Positions 37,176 through 48,009 of a stretch of 64,000 nucleotides of DNA are shown here, in pieces. Where the stretch lies: the IMG/VR virus record IMGVR_UViG_3300034102_002082, positions 32,001 through 96,000 of that record, one strand, 5' to 3'. The stretch is from a virus. Below the pieces are notes generated by a model. The model was not told the DNA's origin, ran no database searches, and saw nothing but the letters and a program-made list of their open reading frames with translations. The translations under genes and the position numbers were made by a program. How positions within the stretch are numbered: the first letter of the stretch is position 1; every line of letters begins with the position of its first letter.

Positions 37176-39881
37176 ATGGCAACAGACGACACAGACCTAT
37201 CGAAAGACCAATTAGACTTGGCTAAACAACTTGTTTTAGAAGCAAATAAGTCAAAAAAGTATAGAGATGATGAATTGGATGGTTTGAAAAAAATAAACGA
37301 TCTCAATAAACGCATATTGGAAAGTAGAAAAAATCAAAATAGGGCAGAAGAGTTAAGGACAGCACTATCAAAAAAGAATCCAGCGGAACTACAAAAAGAA
37401 ATAACAGCGCAGAAGAAGTTGATGGATATTGCGCAACAAGCTGTTGTTTCTAGGCAATCGGAAATACATATAGAAACAGGGAAAATAAAAAGTATAGAGA
37501 ATGAACTTTTAACCAGTAAACATATACAAGACATACGTAAAAAAGATCTAGAATTTCAGCTACGATTGGCTAAAAATAGACTCATAGCGAATAAGGATGA
37601 TTTATCTTACTTAACAAAAACGCAGCGTCAATTATTGATTTCGCAGAAAGAGAAGAAAAAAGATCTTTCTGATATAAGAGAAATCCAGTCGGAATTAAAT
37701 GGATTGCTATTAGAAAATACCAAGGAACTAGAAGAGCAATTAAAGAAGGAAGAAAAAATATATGAGATATCGAAGGGATTTAAGCAAGTAATAGATAATA
37801 TCACATCTCCAATATCTCTATTAATAGGATTCGTAACATTAGGATGGAAAAGATTTGTTGAATTAGATTCGGCAGCAAAAGACTTTAGAAATACAACGAA
37901 ATTAACTAAAGACCAGACGGAGGAGTTAACGAATCAAGTAGAATCAATGAGTCTAGAGTATGGTAAATTTGGTATTGGAGTAAAAGAAGGATATGATGCT
38001 GCTGCTGCATTGACATCTCAATTCGGCATCATGAATAAAGCAGTTATGGAAAACAAGAATTCTGTAGCATTACTTACTGCTAATCTAGGAGTTACAAATG
38101 AAAATGCCGCAGGATTTGTTCGTTATATGGATCAAGTTGGTGGGATGACGAAAGAACAGATTGCGAATACTGCTGGATTTGCTAAGAATTTATCTAAGGC
38201 ATCGGGAGTCCCGTTGGATAGAATTATGGAGGATGTTGCTCATGCATCCGAACAAGCTCGCACCATGACTGGTGGAAGTGTCATAAATCTAATCAAAGCA
38301 TCCGCACAAGCGAGAAAATTTGGTGTTGATTTGAATAAAGTCGCCGCTGCCGCTAGAGGTATGCTGGACTTTAATGAAAGTATAAATTCTGAATTGGAAG
38401 CGTCTGTTTTACTTGGTAAAAACCTTAGCTTCATGGATGCTCGTCGATATGCGTTCGCGGGACAATTAGAAAAAGCACAAGAAGCTACATTAAATCAGGT
38501 AGAAAAAATGGGCGATTTTAATGCTTTAAATGTTCTCCAACAGGAGGCATTAGCAAAAGCATCTGGGTATTCCGTCTCTGATTTACAGAAGATGATAAAG
38601 ATGAAAAAAGATTTCAATTTGTTAACGGGGAAAGAAAAAGATGATTATAACGCATTGATGAAGATGAAGGAAGTGGACATAAAGAATAACAATTCTGCTC
38701 GCGATGAACTTAAAAAGATGCAGATGCAGTCAACGATGGATACATTGAATAATTCATTATCGACACTGAAGAATTCTCTTGCTCAATTATTGATACCAAT
38801 TCTGAAATTATTAACACCAATTGTTGAAGGATTCTCGATAGTTGTTGGTAGTGTGGGAAAGTTGGTCGCAATATTCCCATCATGGGTACAAGGTCTTGCT
38901 GGTGCGGTTACTCTTGCTGCTCTATTAGGAGCAAGTTTCTTCGGTATAAGTGCATCTATATCAAAAATAATATCAATGAGTGGAAAGCTTGCTGGTGCGT
39001 TAAGTAGGGGTGTTGTTGGTGAAAATGGTCCGCAACAAACCGGTATGATGGGAAAACTTAAAGGTTGGGTGAGTGGAAAATTTGGAAAGACGACAGGAGA
39101 CATAAGCAAAGCTGCCGATGGTGCGAAACCAAAATCGGGTGAGGCTTTTAAGGATTTCATGACAAACTTCTCACTTGGTGTGCAACAAATGGACATAACG
39201 AAAACTTTCAAGGGTATCGCTGGTATGATTGCATTGGCTGTTCCGGTATATACTCTTGGACTTGCTCTAAAATCTTGGGAAGGAATATCGTGGAAAACAA
39301 TAGGTGTTGCTGCTGTTTCGCTAGTTGCTTTGGCTGGTGCTGCATTTGCATTGGGGGCATTAGTGTCTGGTCCACAAGCCGCTGTATTTGGTGCTGGTTT
39401 ATTGGCTCTTGTTGGTCTAGGATTGGCTTTGCTTCCGTTGGGTATCGCCGCGAAAAGTGCAGGAGAAGGCATGAACCTTATTGGTGACGGGTTGGGAAAA
39501 ATAGTACCACAATTATCGACGTTGATTGGTATGAGTGTTGGGTTATCGACAGTAACCAAATCAATAATCGAACTGGGTAACGCTTTTAATAGCTTCGGAG
39601 TAGGATCTTCTGATGGTCTTGGTAAATTACTAGATACTAGAGTTTCTCAATTGCAAAAATTAGTCGATGTCGGTCCACAATTACAAGTTACTGCTAACGC
39701 AATAAAAACAATTAGTAATCCATCAGCAGATAATTCATCGACATCAACGAGTTCTGCCACATCAAACGAAGCGGTAGTCAAGAAACTGGACGAATTAATC
39801 GGATTATTAAAATCTGGTGCAATTGCTGTAAACTTGGATGGAAGAAGAGTATCTTCTGGTCTTGCTGCTGCTGTAAGTTAA
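37176..39881 (+). CDS. Tape measure protein
   Basis: 901-aa helical protein with coiled coil, Ala/Gly-rich hydrophobic region and terminal VNLDGRRVS. Confidence 0.85.
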   Translation: MATDDTDLSKDQLDLAKQLVLEANKSKKYRDDELDGLKKINDLNKRILESRKNQNRAEELRTALSKKNPAELQKEITAQKKLMDIAQQAVVSRQSEIHIETGKIKSIENELLTSKHIQDIRKKDLEFQLRLAKNRLIANKDDLSYLTKTQRQLLISQKEKKKDLSDIREIQSELNGLLLENTKELEEQLKKEEKIYEISKGFKQVIDNITSPISLLIGFVTLGWKRFVELDSAAKDFRNTTKLTKDQTEELTNQVESMSLEYGKFGIGVKEGYDAAAALTSQFGIMNKAVMENKNSVALLTANLGVTNENAAGFVRYMDQVGGMTKEQIANTAGFAKNLSKASGVPLDRIMEDVAHASEQARTMTGGSVINLIKASAQARKFGVDLNKVAAAARGMLDFNESINSELEASVLLGKNLSFMDARRYAFAGQLEKAQEATLNQVEKMGDFNALNVLQQEALAKASGYSVSDLQKMIKMKKDFNLLTGKEKDDYNALMKMKEVDIKNNNSARDELKKMQMQSTMDTLNNSLSTLKNSLAQLLIPILKLLTPIVEGFSIVVGSVGKLVAIFPSWVQGLAGAVTLAALLGASFFGISASISKIISMSGKLAGALSRGVVGENGPQQTGMMGKLKGWVSGKFGKTTGDISKAADGAKPKSGEAFKDFMTNFSLGVQQMDITKTFKGIAGMIALAVPVYTLGLALKSWEGISWKTIGVAAVSLVALAGAAFALGALVSGPQAAVFGAGLLALVGLGLALLPLGIAAKSAGEGMNLIGDGLGKIVPQLSTLIGMSVGLSTVTKSIIELGNAFNSFGVGSSDGLGKLLDTRVSQLQKLVDVGPQLQVTANAIKTISNPSADNSSTSTSSATSNEAVVKKLDELIGLLKSGAIAVNLDGRRVSSGLAAAVS

Positions 39882-39930
39882 TTCATATTGATTTCTGCCG
39901 AATTTATAAATAAGTTACATATTTATAGAG

Positions 39931-42171
39931 ATGACATCGTTAAATCCCACACCTGTTGGTAGCTCAAGTAGACTGACATCATTATTGTCTACATCATCGG
40001 ATTATTATGTTTTTAAGAACAAAACCGACAGCACAAAAACCATACAGCAATTATCGAGTGGGCCATTGTTAAGTCACGCATTGAGTGGTGGTAACAACAA
40101 ATCTATAGAGACTAATTTTAATGGAAACGCATCTGCGATTTATAAGAAGATATCACCATATACCCATAACGGTACTGGTTTACTTGGGTTCGGCCCAGAT
40201 CAACCATATGTTTCCGTAAATCCAGATAGCAAGACTAAGAGAATAAAAAGATACGACTCCGTTGGTTTTCCTATCGGAAGTACTATTCAAGATACTATCA
40301 GAATAGCAAAATGGAGCGTATCTGGTAAAGGATTATTATTCTACGGAAAACAATTTTTATTACAAGCACAAGCTGCCCATAACGAAACAGGAATATACAA
40401 CCCATTAAGCGTTCTACAGGCAACTGTTCGTCCAGCTACATTAGGCTTAATTCCTAGACCAAAGAGACACATTGATACTGGTGGAAGTTTTTTGGCTGGA
40501 TTATTGGGTGCAATGGGTATTAAAGATAACTCAGGTGAGCCACCAAAGGGCACCGCTGGTGCCAAGGATAGATCAACATTACCAGAAAGCGGTCAGAATA
40601 ACGGCAAGGGAAATATAAGAGCTAAGACTGGTTTCGATGCTCATCAAAAGTTATTACTGAAGTATGGTGCATCGACACCATCTAAGAAGACTGGTTTCTT
40701 GTCTGGGTTAATAAAGAGTTTGTTACCATCAATAGGAACTCAACCAGACCAATTTAAGAATTTAACAGGCGCACACAAATATAGAGCAGATCAAGATGCT
40801 TACGATTTAATGTTATCTTTCCATAAAAAGCAATCTGAAAGTCATCCAGTTTTATATGGAAACTATTACAGCAAAAATTATTCTGATAGTTCATTGACTA
40901 ATCAAGGAAAAGCCGCAGGTGTTATGCCGGATGGTGATAATATGTACATTTCATCATACATATCATCTTCCGGTAACACTGGTTTGGAACAATTATATTC
41001 TGATTTGGTTGCCGGTAAATTCACCGGAAAGAGTGTTTTCTTCTACAATTCACCGTTAAATGATAATTTCAAATATACCCAAGGAATCGTTGGTGGACTA
41101 CCAGAAAAAATAGAAAATACAGGAGATATCGATGTAGGAACTATTCGTAAATTAAAAGCCAATGGTATACAGTATTTTGCGTCGAAATCAGCAATCCAAT
41201 ATTCTCAATTAATAGGCGGAAAAGATCAAAGAATAGGAAGATATGAGGATATAATAGATACTAACGAATCAAGTAATATGTTGATAAAATCCAAAGGTTT
41301 TTCTACTAGTTACAAATCGGATAAAATAGGAGAGACTTCTGTTGTCGAAGGTTCCTATTTTATAAAAAAGCAGAGTAATGGAAGTATAATAGAAGGGCAG
41401 TCTGATCAAATCCCGTTCTGGTTTCAAGATATAGTTAATGATAAATATATCCAATTTAGAGCAATAATATCAGGAATATCCGACAACGAATCAGTTGATT
41501 GGGAAGAGATACGATATCTAGGAAAACCAGAATCGGTATATAATTATAAGGGATATTCCAGATCGTTATCTTTTAGTTTTACTATCGCTGTTACTTCTGT
41601 TAAGGAATTGCATCCTACATGGAAAAAGATAAATTATTTGAAATCAATGAGTAGACCATCAAATTATTCTATGGGTAAATTTATGGTTCCGCCCTTAGTA
41701 AATTTGCGTATGGGCGATATTTATTATAATGTCCCGATTATAATGCAATCTATAAATATAACTATACCAGATGATGCTATTTGGGAAACATTACCGGATG
41801 GATATAAAACATATGAATACGCTGGTGGTAGGATATCAATAGATAATGTTAGGGTTGGTCAGTTTCCTACTCGTGTAGAAGTGTCAATCACAGCATACGT
41901 ACTTGAGAAGGAAAAATATCCAAGAATTGGGTCAACTGTTTTTGGTATAAATGAAGAAGAAAATAAGGGCAACTTCTTATTGCGTGAGTATGATACAGAT
42001 AGTATATTAGATGATGGTATGCGGAATAAGATATACACAGGACCACCAACAACACCAAAACCAAAAGCAAAGGAATATATCGATACTCCATATAATTTTA
42101 ATTCTACGACTGCTGCTCCGCAACCAACTTCACCTTTCGCGGTGAATACATCATTAATATCGAATAATTGA
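39931..42171 (+). CDS. Baseplate/tail-tube initiator-like structural protein
   Basis: C-terminal tube-like region (QFRAII, YNYKGYSRSLSFSF, PPLVNLRMGD); follows the tape measure. Confidence 0.6.
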   Translation: MTSLNPTPVGSSSRLTSLLSTSSDYYVFKNKTDSTKTIQQLSSGPLLSHALSGGNNKSIETNFNGNASAIYKKISPYTHNGTGLLGFGPDQPYVSVNPDSKTKRIKRYDSVGFPIGSTIQDTIRIAKWSVSGKGLLFYGKQFLLQAQAAHNETGIYNPLSVLQATVRPATLGLIPRPKRHIDTGGSFLAGLLGAMGIKDNSGEPPKGTAGAKDRSTLPESGQNNGKGNIRAKTGFDAHQKLLLKYGASTPSKKTGFLSGLIKSLLPSIGTQPDQFKNLTGAHKYRADQDAYDLMLSFHKKQSESHPVLYGNYYSKNYSDSSLTNQGKAAGVMPDGDNMYISSYISSSGNTGLEQLYSDLVAGKFTGKSVFFYNSPLNDNFKYTQGIVGGLPEKIENTGDIDVGTIRKLKANGIQYFASKSAIQYSQLIGGKDQRIGRYEDIIDTNESSNMLIKSKGFSTSYKSDKIGETSVVEGSYFIKKQSNGSIIEGQSDQIPFWFQDIVNDKYIQFRAIISGISDNESVDWEEIRYLGKPESVYNYKGYSRSLSFSFTIAVTSVKELHPTWKKINYLKSMSRPSNYSMGKFMVPPLVNLRMGDIYYNVPIIMQSINITIPDDAIWETLPDGYKTYEYAGGRISIDNVRVGQFPTRVEVSITAYVLEKEKYPRIGSTVFGINEEENKGNFLLREYDTDSILDDGMRNKIYTGPPTTPKPKAKEYIDTPYNFNSTTAAPQPTSPFAVNTSLISNN

Positions 42172-42172
42172 T

Positions 42173-42469
42173 ATGAACCGTTATAATTACACAAAAATAA
42201 CAAAAAGATTCGATGGTAAGAGAATCTATACTACAACATACTACCCATCAATCCCATTTGATGATTCCGATATGTACGTTACTACGAACATATCATCTAT
42301 GTTGGATACGTTGGCAAATCAATATTATAAAGATCCATCATTATGGTGGGTCATATATCGCGCAAACTCTCTCCGTGGCGGTGGGTTGGGTGTTCCTGCC
42401 GGTATGCAATTGAGAATACCAATTAACGTACAACCGATACTAGATCAATTCGCTAAAATGAATAAATAA
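42173..42469 (+). CDS. LysM-like baseplate wedge protein (gp53-like)
   Basis: LDTLANQYYKDPSLWWVIYRAN...GMQLRIP. Confidence 0.8.
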   Translation: MNRYNYTKITKRFDGKRIYTTTYYPSIPFDDSDMYVTTNISSMLDTLANQYYKDPSLWWVIYRANSLRGGGLGVPAGMQLRIPINVQPILDQFAKMNK

Positions 42470-42470
42470 T

Positions 42471-44798
42471 ATGGCTGATACCATACAAATAAAGCCCGCT
42501 TTTTATTGGGACTTGAATGACTTCTCCCCGACTATCCGAGGAGAATTAAATAGGAGAGGTAAAATATCCGGAGATAACTTTACATATTCACCGGGTATAT
42601 CCGTGGGTTCCCAATATACACATCCATTATCCCCATGGGTGCGTGTGTGTTCAAATTCTGCTGCGAATGATAAGAATGGGTTTATATTAGGTGGAATGAC
42701 TACATCCGGTTTTAAAACTACATATGGATTCTTAAAAGATTCAAATGGTAGAGTAATTGGCTATTCGGCTACGGGAGAACCACACAGTATAAGCAATGAG
42801 AAATATACCCACAGACCAGCACCAGGAATAATGTCGATAGAAACAGAGTTGAGTGGTGGTGATGGCAAATTTAGAATAACAACAATAAAATGGGTGTGTT
42901 GGTCATTGGATCAATTACATTATATGACCCCGTATTTCTTGACTGCTGGTGTATCTATGAGCGTTGAATTTGGATGGAATAATTTTGACGGTGCATCTTT
43001 GTTGCCTTTATCTAATAGTAATGAATTACTGAAATATTTTTACAATGACTCTGATGTTAATATACGATCATTGGTAAATAAATCATTGGGAAATTATGAT
43101 GGTTCTATAGGCATAGTATCAGATTTTGAATATAATTTTAGATCTGATGGTGGATTTGATTGTACTACGGTTGTTAAAAATATCGGAGGATTTTATTCTG
43201 GTGTATATTCTAGCGGAAGATCATCACCACAAACAAGTGATCCAGAATCCACAACTAAGGAATTTAGGACTTTCATGAAGTCGTCCTTTAATGCTATAAG
43301 TAGTCTAGCAAAGAAAAAACATACTGGTGATCCGTATAAGGCAAATGGCGTGTACGTAAATAGAGTAAGTAAAGTTGGCGGAAACGCAATATCAAAACAG
43401 GTTTTTTATGGCAGGGACGGCAATAACTTTGATAGGTTAACTTCTCAGGGAAGACCGAAAGATTATGACTTTGATAATACGAGTGATAATTGGTGGATGT
43501 CATTCGGTTATCTTATAGAAGTACTCAATAAGAAGTGCGCAATAAAAACCGGAAGTAGAGAATTATTTAATATTGATATATCAAATACGGTGATTAATGC
43601 TCATCCAAATTTGACTACCAATAATGGTAATGTATTATTAATTCCTAGTACAATATTACCACAGTTTAGAATTACTTCCAATGAAGATACAATTATATCG
43701 GAACAAATTCGCATGAATGATAGTGGGAATCCAGATTTAGTAAAAGCCAATGAAATACTTAAGAGTAAAATTAAAAACTTCTCAAATTCTGGTGGAGCAC
43801 CAATTTCGATAAGCAGAGTAAACGCAAACAATATAATAAATTGGTGGTCAGATAATGCTGGTCCACTTTCTTTTCCTGCATGTGCTGCCGATGATAGAAT
43901 AAAGAAACCATATACTTCCGGATATCTGAAGAATTTGTATGTGAGTAAGAAAACTATTATTGATGCTGTTGATGCAAATAATACATTCAGAGACACGTTA
44001 ACTGCTATATTGGAACAAATGAGTAAAGCTGCTGGTGATTACTGGCATTTTGAAATTGTTCCATTAGATCCAGACGGTAATGATAATTCCACATTGACTA
44101 TTATCGATAAAAATTGTAGCAATTCGTTTAATCCAATAAACTTATATGACTTCAAAATTAATGAGGTAAGTAGTATAGTTAAAGCCGTTTCATTTAACGT
44201 CAAGAATTCTAATGCTATGTCTGTTCAGACGTTGATGACGAATGGAAAAAAAGATACAAAAAACCCAACGGTGTCGAAAGTAGTTTCTACCGATGGTGGG
44301 ATACGACAGGAGCATACTATCTCATTGACTGGTCTTCTGCGCAATGATAGGTTAATTAAAAACGTAGAGCCTATCGAGGAAAAACTAGAAGCAGAAAGTA
44401 TACAAAAAGTAGATCCTTCCGCCAAATTGAAATTAATCAATAAGAGAATACCAGCAAAGGAATCTGCTGAGTATTTCTTTTATACTAAGAACGATAAATT
44501 GACATACTTATTGGCAGAACCCGAGGATGAATTACAAAAAGGGTTATTACATGAAGAAGGTAAGCCAGATCCATCGATATACTCAAGCGTACAACCGGGT
44601 ATATCATTGGAATTAACTATACAAGGTATATCTGGTATGGTTAACTTAAATTGTTTTACTGTTTCTGAATTACCAAGTCCATATGGGGACAAATGTTATT
44701 TCCAAGTAGAAAATGTGAAACACGTTGTTTCTAATGGAAACTGGGAAACAAAAATAACCGCTGGTGTTAGGTTGATACCGGATAATTCCCCACAATGA
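42471..44798 (+). CDS. Putative baseplate hub protein
   Basis: RPAPGI, VEFGW, GGFDCTT, LELTIQGISG, VKHVVSNGNWET; synteny. Confidence 0.6.
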   Translation: MADTIQIKPAFYWDLNDFSPTIRGELNRRGKISGDNFTYSPGISVGSQYTHPLSPWVRVCSNSAANDKNGFILGGMTTSGFKTTYGFLKDSNGRVIGYSATGEPHSISNEKYTHRPAPGIMSIETELSGGDGKFRITTIKWVCWSLDQLHYMTPYFLTAGVSMSVEFGWNNFDGASLLPLSNSNELLKYFYNDSDVNIRSLVNKSLGNYDGSIGIVSDFEYNFRSDGGFDCTTVVKNIGGFYSGVYSSGRSSPQTSDPESTTKEFRTFMKSSFNAISSLAKKKHTGDPYKANGVYVNRVSKVGGNAISKQVFYGRDGNNFDRLTSQGRPKDYDFDNTSDNWWMSFGYLIEVLNKKCAIKTGSRELFNIDISNTVINAHPNLTTNNGNVLLIPSTILPQFRITSNEDTIISEQIRMNDSGNPDLVKANEILKSKIKNFSNSGGAPISISRVNANNIINWWSDNAGPLSFPACAADDRIKKPYTSGYLKNLYVSKKTIIDAVDANNTFRDTLTAILEQMSKAAGDYWHFEIVPLDPDGNDNSTLTIIDKNCSNSFNPINLYDFKINEVSSIVKAVSFNVKNSNAMSVQTLMTNGKKDTKNPTVSKVVSTDGGIRQEHTISLTGLLRNDRLIKNVEPIEEKLEAESIQKVDPSAKLKLINKRIPAKESAEYFFYTKNDKLTYLLAEPEDELQKGLLHEEGKPDPSIYSSVQPGISLELTIQGISGMVNLNCFTVSELPSPYGDKCYFQVENVKHVVSNGNWETKITAGVRLIPDNSPQ

Positions 44799-45193
44799 AT
44801 ACTAAGCTAATATTAAATTATAATGCACTAAATGGGAAATCACCGTTGAGTGTGCCTGATGAGATATATTCACCAATCGGAATTATTGTATACCCAACTA
44901 ATGCGGATTACAAAAACGGAACGTTTACTAGATACTTTGTAAAGAAAGTAAACTCACATGTTTGTTTGGAAACATCAAAATCGGAGACTAAAATAGTAGA
45001 TAAGAAATATTACGTTAGTGTGGAAATATCTTGGAAATTGACTGGTCAATTGACTTCTACTACTTCACAATACGGAGAAAAAACAGTAGGGGTAGAAGAA
45101 TATAACAACAAACAAATTGAGATTGGTAGCAGGGTTATACCAGAGATTGTTGATATTTTGAAAAATAAATCTCAATTTTATCGAGGAACTTGA
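44795..45193 (+). CDS. Hypothetical baseplate-region protein
   Basis: PTNADYKNGTFTRYFVKK and ISWKLTG. Confidence 0.7.
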   Translation: MNTKLILNYNALNGKSPLSVPDEIYSPIGIIVYPTNADYKNGTFTRYFVKKVNSHVCLETSKSETKIVDKKYYVSVEISWKLTGQLTSTTSQYGEKTVGVEEYNNKQIEIGSRVIPEIVDILKNKSQFYRGT

Positions 45194-45208
45194 TATATAT
45201 ACATATAT

Positions 45209-45796
45209 ATGGAACCACAGAAATTTTCACTATCGGTATTACAGGAAGATCCAGATTTTGCTTTACTATTCAAAAAGAAAGTAGAAAATGTTAAAGAGGA
45301 CAAGCGAGTATTATTAAATAACGCAAAGACCTACACCTCACAATTCCAGAGGGAGATCGATGAAGGAACGGAGAAAAGGAAGCTATTGATAGAGAACGGA
45401 AGGAGTAGAGGAATGACTGAGGACGAGGTATTTAAGAGTTCTCAATTATTTATACCAAATAAAGATACACCAATTATGAATTTCTTGTATTTCATAACAA
45501 GAGAATTTGAAAGTGTAGATAAAGAATTAAAACTATTATCAGAACAGAAAGTTCAGCAAGATAAAGAATTTGGTGGATTTACCCATAATAAAGATGAGAA
45601 TTATGGCGCGGAGAATACGCAGGATATGGTAACGTACATTTACGCCAACGTCACATTGGATACCTTCAATAAACTAAAGAAATTGAAGGCATTGGCCAAT
45701 AGTGACAATGAAGAAGAGGCTGACTTGGCTATGAAGAAATGCAGAGAATTATGTAAGAAGTACAACTTGGAATATTCCAAGTTGCCCGTTACTTAA
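45209..45796 (+). CDS. Protein with C-terminal DUF2786-like helical hairpin
   Basis: KLKKLKALANSDNEEEADLAMKKCRELCKKYNL. Confidence 0.65.
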   Translation: MEPQKFSLSVLQEDPDFALLFKKKVENVKEDKRVLLNNAKTYTSQFQREIDEGTEKRKLLIENGRSRGMTEDEVFKSSQLFIPNKDTPIMNFLYFITREFESVDKELKLLSEQKVQQDKEFGGFTHNKDENYGAENTQDMVTYIYANVTLDTFNKLKKLKALANSDNEEEADLAMKKCRELCKKYNLEYSKLPVT

Positions 45797-46799
45797 TCTT
45801 TTCCAGTAGTTGTATTATAAGGGACATGAAATTTATTTCTTTGTCCGGTACCACTGAACTCTTATATTGCATTTCAGCTAAGATAAGAATACAATCTGCT
45901 GATTTTCCACCCGACCAATCATCGACACTATCAAATAGATATTTGTAGTGACCATCAAAGCTGGTTGTTGAGTTATCCGCTAATAGCTGTCTAATTTGTG
46001 TGAATGAATCCCCACTGTCGTTTTTCAGTAGCTCTGCTATTTTTAGGTGAGTATTTCCATCTAAAAGCTTTTCCTCGTCCAATATTAGCGTCTTGTCGGT
46101 CTTGGAGAATTGCTGCGCCGTTCCGATGATTTTTCTTATGTCTGGATAGTGAGCATTAACTATCGTAACAATGTCTTTTAATTGGAAGGAAACACCCTCT
46201 GTGGTCAATATATTAGTGAGGTGTTTAGCTATGTGTGCTTTATTTGGTGGAATCACCTGTTCTACCTGACATCTCGATATAATTGGATCATATATTTTCT
46301 CTAGGTAATTGCTGGTAAGGATGAATCTAGTATGGTTTGAATATATTTCCATCGTAGCTTTTAATGCTGCTTGAGCATTAGTAGTCATATGACTTGCTTC
46401 GTCTAAAATAATAACTTTCAAGTCATTAAAACCAGCAGAACAAGCAAATAATTTTATTTTTTCTCTGATCACATCAACGCTATTTTCATCGGACGCATTG
46501 ATATATAACAAATCACAATTTACTGAATTTGCTATCATCTTAGATATTGTAGTCTTTCCCGTTCCTGCTGGACCATACAATAAAATATGTGGAATATCAC
46601 CAGAATCAATATGTTGTTTCATGCGAGACTTAAATTTCTCGTCACCTACATACTCAGAGATTCTACGAGGTCTATATCTTTCGACCCATAATGTATTCCG
46701 TAGATTCGACTCATACGCAGAATCGATCTGATCTTCGTTGCGCTTTGATGCAACTATATGTTCTTGGTCAACTTCCTGTTCTTCTTCAAAAAATGACAT
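45789..46799 (-). CDS. gp44: Clamp loader AAA+ subunit (RFC-small-like)
   Basis: LWVERYRP, GPAGTGKT, INASDE, ILDEA, SRC; likely start MSFFEEE. Confidence 0.92.
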   Translation of the reverse strand: MSFFEEEQEVDQEHIVASKRNEDQIDSAYESNLRNTLWVERYRPRRISEYVGDEKFKSRMKQHIDSGDIPHILLYGPAGTGKTTISKMIANSVNCDLLYINASDENSVDVIREKIKLFACSAGFNDLKVIILDEASHMTTNAQAALKATMEIYSNHTRFILTSNYLEKIYDPIISRCQVEQVIPPNKAHIAKHLTNILTTEGVSFQLKDIVTIVNAHYPDIRKIIGTAQQFSKTDKTLILDEEKLLDGNTHLKIAELLKNDSGDSFTQIRQLLADNSTTSFDGHYKYLFDSVDDWSGGKSADCILILAEMQYKSSVVPDKEINFMSLIIQLLEKIK

Positions 46800-46803
46800 A
46801 TAT

Positions 46804-47565
46804 TTATCGATTTGATACAGGCACAAAGTAATAAACACACTTAAAGTCGTCAGTGACGAATGAAATAGCAGCACCCTTTTCTGTTATTCTAAAATAGTTT
46901 ACTGTTTTTTCGTCAACGAAATATGCTTTATTTACCGATAATACATCATTTAAGAATTCCGCCGAGAACGTTACTTCTTTATCTAGTGTTTCTTTCCCTG
47001 CTTCTAGTATAGTATCTAATTTAATTTTATTTGAATTTGCGCTTGGTGAATATCCAATGATAAATTTAACGCTATCATCTATCGAAACTAACGTAAAATA
47101 CTTTTCATCGTTTAATGCGGTTTTCGCTTTATTCAGTGCCTTGCAGAACTCTTGGTTTATACTCATACCGAACTTAAAAGAAGTTATTTCCTTTACTACT
47201 GGTACTTTCGGGATAGCAGACAATTCTGCTGCCATACAATTTACTTCTACTTTACTGTCGGCCAGTCTTATCGCTATTACTTTACCGCTGACCTCATTCT
47301 TAACCAATGTCATATCTATTTCATCGTCGGTGAGTACTTTTAGTAAGTTATTAAGCTTACTTGTATCGTATACACCAACGTCAATTGTTTCTTCTGCCTG
47401 TATTCCGTTCATTTGTACTTCCGCCAATACTAACTTATCTCCGGATATTGCTTTGGTGGATATTGTCCCTAATTCTTTATTAAAAGAAAACTTAACGGAT
47501 TCGTTTTCTTTTTTTAGGCTGTATCTACTGATAAATGCTTCTAATTTTGATTTTTTAATCTTCAT
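46804..47565 (-). CDS. gp45: Sliding clamp
   Basis: 253 aa, GVYDTSKL motif, adjacent to clamp loader and polymerase. Confidence 0.75.
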   Translation of the reverse strand: MKIKKSKLEAFISRYSLKKENESVKFSFNKELGTISTKAISGDKLVLAEVQMNGIQAEETIDVGVYDTSKLNNLLKVLTDDEIDMTLVKNEVSGKVIAIRLADSKVEVNCMAAELSAIPKVPVVKEITSFKFGMSINQEFCKALNKAKTALNDEKYFTLVSIDDSVKFIIGYSPSANSNKIKLDTILEAGKETLDKEVTFSAEFLNDVLSVNKAYFVDEKTVNYFRITEKGAAISFVTDDFKCVYYFVPVSNR

Positions 47566-47571
47566 TTGTGT

Positions 47572-47599
47572 ATGTTATTGATATCGTTGGTTTAGTCAA
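47572..47599 (-). promoter_or_regulatory. Sigma70-like promoter TTGACT-N16-TAACAT
   Basis: -10 box ends 6 nt upstream of the clamp ATG. Confidence 0.55.
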
Positions 47600-47606
47600 G
47601 TTATAA

Positions 47607-48008
47607 TTAAAGGTTTTGAATAGTTCCGGTCAAATGTATTGGTTGTTCTTTTATCCAATCTGTTATCGAATTTGAGTCTTTTGGTTTCCCTCCTCCATTT
47701 ACATTAACGGCTATGGTTACATGCGGAAACGCATTATTTGTTGGTCCTTTATAACCACTAACCTTTACAGCGAATGCCTTATCTGATTTTCCATAATGTG
47801 TTACCAATAAATTTACTGGAGTTCCGACCAAATCTTCTCTGACTAAACCAAATGGATCAATTGTTTGGTGATGTGCGTATATCTTCCAATCAGAAGGAAA
47901 TTTATCTTTGTAATTTTCGATCAATAAATTTTTACTTTTATCGTCGAGCAATACCGCAGAATATCTTGGTGATTGTCCAATTTCTTGTAATATTTTTTTA
48001 AGTTTCAT
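47607..48008 (-). CDS. 2H phosphoesterase (cyclic phosphodiesterase-like) with MKLKKILQE leader
   Basis: HHQT and PHVT HxT motifs; KPKDSNSITDW. Confidence 0.75.
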   Translation of the reverse strand: MKLKKILQEIGQSPRYSAVLLDDKSKNLLIENYKDKFPSDWKIYAHHQTIDPFGLVREDLVGTPVNLLVTHYGKSDKAFAVKVSGYKGPTNNAFPHVTIAVNVNGGGKPKDSNSITDWIKEQPIHLTGTIQNL

Positions 48009-48009
48009 T

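Noticed and set aside
38783-39559. 258-aa antisense ORF in the tape measure gene
   Set aside because: Shadow of Ala/Gly-rich codons; no motifs or expression signals
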